Below, piece by piece: positions 56,000-61,692 of a stretch of DNA of 61,692 nt (the stretch's first letter is position 1; every line of letters starts with the position of its first letter). The notes under the pieces were generated by a model. The model made no database searches and was not told the origin of the DNA. It saw nothing but the letters and a program-made list of their open reading frames with translations. The position numbers and the translations under genes are program-made. This stretch comes from Bacillota bacterium (GTDB taxonomy: Bacteria > Bacillota > SHA-98 > Ch115). Location: positions 1 to 61,692 of the forward strand of contig DUSO01000165.1 in NCBI GenBank assembly GCA_012842565.1, given 5' to 3'.

Positions 56000-56125
56000 T
56001 TCATTGGTCCTCCGGCTTTGTTTCGCTCGGCCCCCGTGCCAGCCTGCCGCCGCTAATAGCTGGCAGGGGATGTCCGGCAAGAGGTGAGTTGCGCCTAGCC
56101 TGTTTTCAAGGAGAGGTAGGTTACC

Positions 56126-56845
56126 TTGGAGCTTAGGATGTTAGATTACCTAGCGTGCAGAGGGGAGACTGTCCTGCATCGTGCAGCGCCCTGGTCGAAA
56201 ATGCTGGGGGCTGCTCTAACCCTTTGCGCCATCGTCTTATCTCGCAACCTTGGTTTGGTCGGGGCACTCGTTGTATTCCAGGTGTTCTTGCTGCTGTGGC
56301 AGAGGCTTCTCATAGGGCCTGTCCTATCCTTTACTGTGTATCCTCTCATCTTCGGTGCACTATTTGCCTTAAGCCAAGTATGGACTGCCCCGGAGCTTGC
56401 ACTCCTGGTGCTCCTCAAGAGCGAGGCTGCCGGGCTGGTCCTTATAACCTTGATGGTCACTACGCCCTATATCGACATTTTCTCGACCCTCCAGCGTATA
56501 CTCCCCCGGGTGCTCGTGGACATGCTTTTTATGACGTATCGCGGGATTTTTATCCTGCTCGAACGCCTTGAAGGAATGCTTTTGGCTGTAAAACTCAGGA
56601 AGAGCGGCGGTATCCGGGGGACCATCGCGGGCTTCAGAAGGACCGCCGAGAGCCTCGGTGCTCTCGTGATAGACTCGTTTGATCTCGTTGAGAGGATATA
56701 CAGGATAATGGAGATCAGGGGGTATGATGGCGGAATCAGATCCGAACGCAGGTCGGGTGGAGATAATGCCATCCTTGCTCCTGAGAATACGCTCTCCATT
56801 GCCGTTGGTGTTATGGCCATGGTGGGACTGGTGATTGTAGGATGA
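56126..56845 (+). CDS. cbiQ: ECF transporter transmembrane (T) component, CbiQ family
   Basis: Multi-TM protein with a C-terminal ..RIYRIMEIRGYDG.. (conserved Ala-Arg-Gly-type coupling helix region). Overlaps cbiO by 4 nt. Confidence 0.8.
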   Translation: MELRMLDYLACRGETVLHRAAPWSKMLGAALTLCAIVLSRNLGLVGALVVFQVFLLLWQRLLIGPVLSFTVYPLIFGALFALSQVWTAPELALLVLLKSEAAGLVLITLMVTTPYIDIFSTLQRILPRVLVDMLFMTYRGIFILLERLEGMLLAVKLRKSGGIRGTIAGFRRTAESLGALVIDSFDLVERIYRIMEIRGYDGGIRSERRSGGDNAILAPENTLSIAVGVMAMVGLVIVG

Positions 56846-57705
56846 TTGAGATGGATATGCCTCGCGAGGCTCCGGTTGTAGAGGTAAAATGCATAAGGCA
56901 TGTGTATCCAGATCGCACCCAGGTGGACCTCTGCGGCCTTGATTTCTCGGTATATGCCGGGCAAAGGGTCGTCATACTCGGGGCTAATGGTTCAGGCAAG
57001 ACAACCCTTTTATTCCACATCTTAGGCATATTGAAACCAGTCGACGGCCAGGTATATGTCTTTGGCCTGAATCCCTCTAAGGAATTCAAGCATATCCGGA
57101 ATCGTATCGGTGTCGTCCTACAAGAACTTGATGACCAGATCATAGGCCCGACAGTCTGGGACGATGTGGCTTTTGGTCTTAGAGGTCAGGGCCTCTCCAG
57201 GGACGAGATAGCGAGAAGTGTGGACGATATCTTAGAGCAGCTCGGGATAAGCCACCTTGCTGACAGGATACCACATTACCTGAGCGGTGGGGAAAAGCGC
57301 AAGGTGGCACTCGCAGGGGCTCTTGTGAAGCGCCCGGAATTGCTTATTCTTGACGAGCCATTTGCGGGCATCGATCCGGGTTCACGGCGGGAGATAACGC
57401 AGGTTATCTCCGAATACAATCGCAGGTTTGGAACCACGTGTATTATCGCGCTACATGAAGTGGAGCTTGTTTCTGAACTGGCGGACATTGTATACGTAAT
57501 TAGGCGAGGGGGTGTTGTCCTGAAGGGTACCCCTCGGGAGGTCTTTGCAGCAGGGGATATCCTCAAGGAGAATAACCTCGAGGTTCCATCCATTGTAGAA
57601 CTGTTTAATACCCTAAGGGGCAGGAACTGGCCCGTAGCCATTCCCATGACAGTATCTGAAGCGGTCCGGCAGCTCGAGACCCTTCGAGGGAACGCGGGGA
57701 GTTGA
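56842..57705 (+). CDS. cbiO: ECF transporter ATPase, CbiO family
   Basis: Walker A GANGSGKTT, Q-loop, signature LSGGEKRKV, Walker B LLILDEPFAGID, H-loop ALHEV. Confidence 0.9.
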   Translation: MIEMDMPREAPVVEVKCIRHVYPDRTQVDLCGLDFSVYAGQRVVILGANGSGKTTLLFHILGILKPVDGQVYVFGLNPSKEFKHIRNRIGVVLQELDDQIIGPTVWDDVAFGLRGQGLSRDEIARSVDDILEQLGISHLADRIPHYLSGGEKRKVALAGALVKRPELLILDEPFAGIDPGSRREITQVISEYNRRFGTTCIIALHEVELVSELADIVYVIRRGGVVLKGTPREVFAAGDILKENNLEVPSIVELFNTLRGRNWPVAIPMTVSEAVRQLETLRGNAGS

Positions 57706-57781
57706 TCCAGGCCCTGCTTCCTGTTGTGGCGGCGATGCTGATAGCTCGGATCGGCTACGGTGGCTCGTATCTGAGGAAGCG

Positions 57782-57811
57782 AGGGAGGAGACTTCTTTGT
57801 GTCTCCTCCCT
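57782..57811. terminator. GC-rich hairpin between the convergent cbiO and small Cys/His-protein genes
   Basis: AGGGAGGAGAC-TTCTTTGT-GTCTCCTCCCT. There is no clear U-tract on either strand. Confidence 0.45.
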
Positions 57812-57864
57812 GACATATATCTCTTATCCCTGTTTTGTTTGTGTGTATATTTGCAGGAGAGTCG

Positions 57865-58212
57865 TTATGGGTCTACTTGAACGGCGCCGAACTCTATGCT
57901 GCAAACCCTCTCAAGTGGGATGACGATTGCCTTGGCGATTTCTTTCTCTACCAATTGCCCGCCGCTTATCGTCTTTATCAAAATGCAACCATCGTCAAAG
58001 GCTACTAGAATCAGAAACTCATCAACTACCGTCAAGATACGTGCATTCAGTGCTTTCTTGCAACAACCATCGCATTCGAATTCGACGGCAACGCAATGGC
58101 CATGAGGGTCACCGAAATCCTTGATTGCTTTGAGTTCTCCGATCGCGTTGAGCACCGGGTCGGTGAAGAGGTCTTTCTTTACAGCATCTTCTGTATTCAA
58201 GATTTCTTCCAT
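57865..58212 (-). CDS. Hypothetical small protein with a His/Cys cluster
   Basis: 115 aa. The cluster is ..GDPHGHCVAVEFECDGCCKK.. and is followed by a beta-rich segment. RBS GGGAG 12 nt upstream. I did not recognise a family. Confidence 0.55.
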   Translation of the reverse strand: MEEILNTEDAVKKDLFTDPVLNAIGELKAIKDFGDPHGHCVAVEFECDGCCKKALNARILTVVDEFLILVAFDDGCILIKTISGGQLVEKEIAKAIVIPLERVCSIEFGAVQVDP

Positions 58213-58285
58213 ATATGTAATTCACTCCCTTTTTATTGTGATCACCAACTGAGGCAACCACAGTCCAGATGAGGATCTTCATTAG

Positions 58286-58313
58286 CATAATATGAATTAC
58301 ATTTGAAGTAGGT
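58286..58313 (-). promoter_or_regulatory. Possible sigma-K-type promoter for the small Cys/His protein gene
   Basis: On the minus strand: AC (58313..58312), 17-nt spacer, CATATTATG (58294..58286), compared with the consensus AC-N16/17-CATAnnnTA. Confidence 0.3.
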
Positions 58314-58512
58314 TACATTACAGGTTTTCGGATGACTGTGCGCCGCACCCATATATGTTCGGTCAAAGCGATCCGGGGAGCGAGTGATGGCAAGCATATG
58401 GACCTTTCCCAAGACGAGGTTCGAGTTGAGGGTGAATGAAGGGGAAGAGTGCGGTCGACCGGATGCGGGTCCGCATGTCAGGTGGTGTGAGGAGGGGGCA
58501 AGACGCCCCCTC

Positions 58513-60072
58513 CTAGTCGATTTGGGGCGGGAAATGTGTCGGGGGACACATGTGCGGCGGCTCGGTTATTGCAGGTGGGGTCGCTTTGTAGTCGGAATCC
58601 GGGAAGTCGGTCTCGATGAAGATCAGCTGTCCCCCGGGATAGACGCCATTGTTAGTGACTTTATAGTCGTCATGGTTGTGGGCCAGATAGAATTGGGGGA
58701 ACATAGAATTGTCTGCAGTCGGGGAGCCATAGTTCCAGGGTACCCAGTTGTATGGCGGAATGGATGTTCCTTGACCCAGGCTAGTCTTCAGGATGATGTT
58801 AGCCCAGAGGTCCTTCGCGCCGGGGAAGGGAGGAATGAACGTGCCGGCTGCCTTGGACTGAGCTGTAGCCGTAGCAATTTGGTTCTTCAACGACGGGAAG
58901 CCTGCCTTTCCGCAGAAGATGTAATCTGCATAGATTGCCCTTTTGTCATCAGCAGTGTAGAGGACATCGTAGGTTTCGCCCGATCCCACAAGCGTTGTGA
59001 AGTTCATTTCACCTGCCGTTCTTGGGTTTGCGTCTTTCCCCACGACCATGCCATGCCAGCCATGAACGTGGAATGGTACCGGCTGGTAGCCGATATTGAT
59101 CATTCGGAGTAGAAACTTGTCGGGTGGTATGCGCCTTACCGGATCACCCGTTGACACCTTGACATAGCAATCGTAGCCTTCCGGGATGGTGTACCCGAAA
59201 CTGGGTACAAGCTCTGGCGATAACGTGGTGGGTAGCAGGGTGTCTGGGAAAGCCCGGCCGTTGATCAGCCAGTAATCCGGCTTGTAGTCCACAGGGTTAA
59301 AGTCGGTCTGAGCAAATACTGCATCGTGCCAGTGCGTGTCGATGTCTGAAAAGAGCAATACCCAGTCACTATTGAAGAACGAGTTGATGTCATTGTATGC
59401 GAAGTTTCTGTTGGTGGCGGTGGGAGGAATATGCGGTAGCAGTCTGCCCTTGGAGAACCAGCGCCCGGTAATAGGGCTTTTCACAATCCCCGCTTCTGCC
59501 AAGCTAAACGCGGATGGGTAGACGATTAGGGCGCCGTACATCCCCATCTGGACATGTTCCGATGCCTCCTCGTGGCAGTGATAGAAGTACGTGCCTGGCT
59601 TCTCGGGTTTGAAGTAATAGGTCACTGCGATTCCCGGTTGGCCTGGCGGGGTCACCGGTACACCAAAGGATGTTTCGGGGACACCGTCCACTTGAGTAGC
59701 TACGTGACCTCCGTGTATGTGGACTGTATGGACGTCGAGTATGGGCGGGGTCGTGAGGTATAGACCGAGGTTCACCAGGGTAATGTATAGCTCGTCGCCG
59801 ACCTCCATGTCGATTCTGGGCGACGGGATTACCGCTTTACCCCTGAGTGCGTCGAGGTTTGCCGGAACGGTGATATCGAATTGCGGGTTCACCACCGTAA
59901 CCGGGCCCGTCGGCACTCCGAATAATATAGGCTGGACCTTGAACAACCCTCCGACGAAACCAAAGATGTAGACTTTTCGACGAGGTTCGGTTCCCGTCGG
60001 GTCTATTGGAAGGTAGATGAAACCGTCGGTAGCGAACAAGTTATAGAACAATCTTTGAGGCACAGGTCTCAC
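58513..60072 (-). CDS. Multicopper oxidase with non-canonical copper-motif order and no signal peptide
   Basis: HTVHIHGGH (aa 115-123), YHCHEEASEHVQMGM (aa 164-177), THWHD (aa 246-250), FHVHGWHG (aa 334-341). GTG start; nearby alternative starts exist. Confidence 0.88.
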   Translation of the reverse strand: MRPVPQRLFYNLFATDGFIYLPIDPTGTEPRRKVYIFGFVGGLFKVQPILFGVPTGPVTVVNPQFDITVPANLDALRGKAVIPSPRIDMEVGDELYITLVNLGLYLTTPPILDVHTVHIHGGHVATQVDGVPETSFGVPVTPPGQPGIAVTYYFKPEKPGTYFYHCHEEASEHVQMGMYGALIVYPSAFSLAEAGIVKSPITGRWFSKGRLLPHIPPTATNRNFAYNDINSFFNSDWVLLFSDIDTHWHDAVFAQTDFNPVDYKPDYWLINGRAFPDTLLPTTLSPELVPSFGYTIPEGYDCYVKVSTGDPVRRIPPDKFLLRMINIGYQPVPFHVHGWHGMVVGKDANPRTAGEMNFTTLVGSGETYDVLYTADDKRAIYADYIFCGKAGFPSLKNQIATATAQSKAAGTFIPPFPGAKDLWANIILKTSLGQGTSIPPYNWVPWNYGSPTADNSMFPQFYLAHNHDDYKVTNNGVYPGGQLIFIETDFPDSDYKATPPAITEPPHMCPPTHFPPQID

Positions 60073-60124
60073 CCTTTCAATCGCTGATTTGGAGGGGAAT
60101 ATGTGAGCAAAACCCTGTCCGATA

Positions 60125-60152
60125 CATTCTATGAAGGCTGGCTTGAGAAGGT
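60125..60152 (-). promoter_or_regulatory. Possible sigma-K-type promoter for the multicopper oxidase gene
   Basis: On the minus strand: AC (60152..60151), 17-nt spacer, CATAGAATG (60133..60125). The layout is the same as the element at 58286-58313. Confidence 0.3.
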
Positions 60153-60267
60153 GAATTGAAATCAGGGTATAAGCTTAAGTATCCACCTGTGAGTCAGATA
60201 ACTCAAGAGGTATTTCGTACCGCGAGATGTCTTGACGCCCTCCGAGAGGCGGGCTTTATATCTGTCG

Positions 60268-60296
60268 TTGCGGCCCGGCATCCCGGGTGCTATAAT
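60268..60296 (+). promoter_or_regulatory. Candidate sigma-A promoter for the PII-like/CPA2 pair
   Basis: TTGCGG, 17-nt spacer, TGc-TATAAT extended -10. It leaves a leader of about 85 nt. Confidence 0.5.
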
Positions 60297-60385
60297 GGTT
60301 GGTGTCAGATGCCGATGCGTTCGATGCTCTGTTCGCGTTTCTTCTGTGCTCCCGCTTATTCAAGTCATAGGATCGGGGGACCTAC

Positions 60386-60730
60386 ATGCAGGTCTTATTC
60401 TTGGTTCTCGACAAGACCGAACTCTTGAATCGTATCTTAAAGACGTTTTTGGATTGTGGTATTCGAGGTGCAACTGTAATCAGCAGTACGGGCATGGGGA
60501 GGGTCTTGTCCGACGAAGTGCCTCTATTTTCAGATCTGCGCGCGATGTTCCAGGATGGCAGGCAATATAACTATACGATCTTCGCCGTGATAAAAGACGA
60601 GGAGAAAATAGAGAGGTTGATCGTTGCTCTCAAGAAGGTACTTGGCGATCTGGAGAAGCCGGGGACGGGGATAATGTTCACCGTCCCGGTTACGCGAGTC
60701 ATCGGACTGGCCGGTGAGGCGGGATCATGA
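60386..60730 (+). CDS. PII-like (GlnB-fold) signal-transduction protein, non-canonical T-loop
   Basis: 114 aa. The beta-alpha-beta pattern MQVLFLVLDKTELLNRILKTFLDCGIRGATVISSTGMG... and ...GTGIMFTVPVTRVIGL parallels the PII segments GMTVTEVKGFG and GDGKIFV.PVE.VIRI. RBS GGGGGA. Confidence 0.7.
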   Translation: MQVLFLVLDKTELLNRILKTFLDCGIRGATVISSTGMGRVLSDEVPLFSDLRAMFQDGRQYNYTIFAVIKDEEKIERLIVALKKVLGDLEKPGTGIMFTVPVTRVIGLAGEAGS

Positions 60731-61692
60731 TTCCTCATTCCATGAACCTCCTTCTAAACGGGAGCCTTTTGCTTCTCCTCGGCTTGCTTTCTGGGAAGAT
60801 CGTAAATAAGGCCAGATTCCCGGCTGTCACTGGGTATCTTCTTATAGGCATCCTGATCGGGCCTTCTTTCTTTAATGTATTGACCCATGAGATGCTGCGG
60901 GCATCCATATGGGTAAGCCATGCTGCCCTGAGCCTCATAGCTTTTAGCATCGGAGCGCAGTTTACTGTTCGCACGCTGCGAAGGCTTGGGAAGAGCGTGC
61001 TATGGATTGCCTTTTTGGAGGCCCTGGGGGCCGCGGTTGTCGTGACGGCCGTTATGTTCTCCATATTCAAGCAGACGCTGCCAACGGCACTCCTCTTTGG
61101 TGCTATCGCTTCAGCCACGGCCCCTGCTGCAACCCTTATGGTGGTGCGTGAGTACCGTGCCAGGGGGCCCCTAACGGATACTCTCCTGGCAGTTGTGGCC
61201 ATAGACGACCCTATCTGTGTAATGAATTTCGCCATAGCCTCGGGCATTGCCTCGATGCTCCTCGCGGGGCATGTGACCTCCCTCGGGGGTATGATCCTGC
61301 GGCCCGTACTCGAGATAGGGACAGCCATAGTCCTGGGCGCCGTGCTGGGTGTGGGGGTCAGCTTTATCGGAGAGCGCCTCAAGACCCAAGCGGAGCTCTT
61401 GACCTTTATGTTGGGAGCGATATTCCTCGGCTCCGGGATCGCCCTCGAGGCCAATATCTCCCCCCTCCTGGTGAACATGGCCCTTGGTTCGACGGTGGGG
61501 AATATTGCAAGGCGCGGTGAGGCTATGTTCGACGTGATTCGTTCGATGGATACCCCCATCTATGTGGCATTCTTTACCCTCTCGGGAGCAGGGCTGCATG
61601 TCGAACTATTGCGTTCCGTCGGCCTGTTGGGCGTGGCTTACCTGGTGGCGAGAGTGGCGGGGAAGATACTGGGGGCGGCACTTGGCGCGTCC
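60727..61692 (+). CDS. Cation:proton antiporter (CPA2/Kef-type Na_H_Exchanger domain), 3' end outside the window
   Basis: The frame is open from ATG 60727 (ATGA overlap with the PII-like stop) to the window end, 322 codons. MNLLLNGSLLLLLGLLSGKIVNKARFPAVTGYLLIGILIGPSF.. is a typical CPA2 N-terminus. It is absent from the ORF track only because no stop codon is reached. Confidence 0.85.
   Translation, partial: MIPHSMNLLLNGSLLLLLGLLSGKIVNKARFPAVTGYLLIGILIGPSFFNVLTHEMLRASIWVSHAALSLIAFSIGAQFTVRTLRRLGKSVLWIAFLEALGAAVVVTAVMFSIFKQTLPTALLFGAIASATAPAATLMVVREYRARGPLTDTLLAVVAIDDPICVMNFAIASGIASMLLAGHVTSLGGMILRPVLEIGTAIVLGAVLGVGVSFIGERLKTQAELLTFMLGAIFLGSGIALEANISPLLVNMALGSTVGNIARRGEAMFDVIRSMDTPIYVAFFTLSGAGLHVELLRSVGLLGVAYLVARVAGKILGAALGAS

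Noticed and set aside
57841-57860. Half-site ATTTGCA resembling the Fur-type palindrome near the 3' end of the Cys/His-protein gene. Another occurs inside the M24 gene at about 18843.
   Set aside because: These are single half-sites without a palindromic partner, as expected by chance. They are not evidence that these genes belong to the same regulon.
58384-59112. 242-aa plus-strand ORF
   Set aside because: It is antisense to the multicopper oxidase gene and has no recognisable domain.
60735-61559. 274-aa and 142-aa minus-strand ORFs at the window end
   Set aside because: They are antisense to an open plus-strand frame with a textbook CPA2 antiporter N-terminus. That frame is missing from the track only because it has no stop codon inside the window.

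Overview
This 61.7-kb chromosomal segment appears to come from a moderately GC-rich, endospore-forming Firmicute. That inference rests on the conserved backbone glmU-prs-ctc-pth-mfd-spoVT-yabM-mazG-(spoIID)-yabP-(SLT)-yabQ-...-divIC-yabR, plus an alpha/beta SASP gene. About 60 credible protein genes and 2 tRNAs (Arg-ACG, Leu-UAA) are supported. I saw no rRNA, CRISPR array, transposase or integrase. Left third (0-11 kb): tRNA-Arg followed by a decayed HATPase_c_4 fragment and hicB/hicA remnants, an ABC-2 exporter pair, cutA, a standalone trpB2 behind a clear Trp T-box leader, two nitroreductases, the CCA-adding enzyme, an AbrB-like gene and an L,D-transpeptidase. 11.6-21.2 kb: an eight-gene minus-strand GntR/TAXI-TRAP catabolic island with two enolase-superfamily paralogs, an M24 hydrolase, a FAH-family hydrolase and a D-2-hydroxyacid dehydrogenase. 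21-27 kb: an unknown permease, a PfkB kinase, and mmsA with an IclR regulator. 28-47 kb: the housekeeping and sporulation backbone, interrupted by a three-gene metabolic insert. 48-51 kb: a MarR/rubrerythrin/rubredoxin-like/OYE oxidative-stress cluster. 51-54 kb: a second ABC-2 system and a PHP histidinol phosphatase. 54.6-61.7 kb: a metal/ion block with a Fur-family regulator and perfect palindromic operator, cbiM-cbiQ-cbiO without cbiN, a Cys/His-rich small protein, a multicopper oxidase with permuted copper-motif order, and a PII-like protein translationally coupled to a CPA2 antiporter. The main second-look items are that metal/ion block, the substrate-unknown catabolic island, in-frame minisatellite insertions in glmU and an ABC-2 permease, and the T-box-controlled trpB2. 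None is proven novel from sequence alone. All family assignments come from motif recognition by eye, not from database searches.
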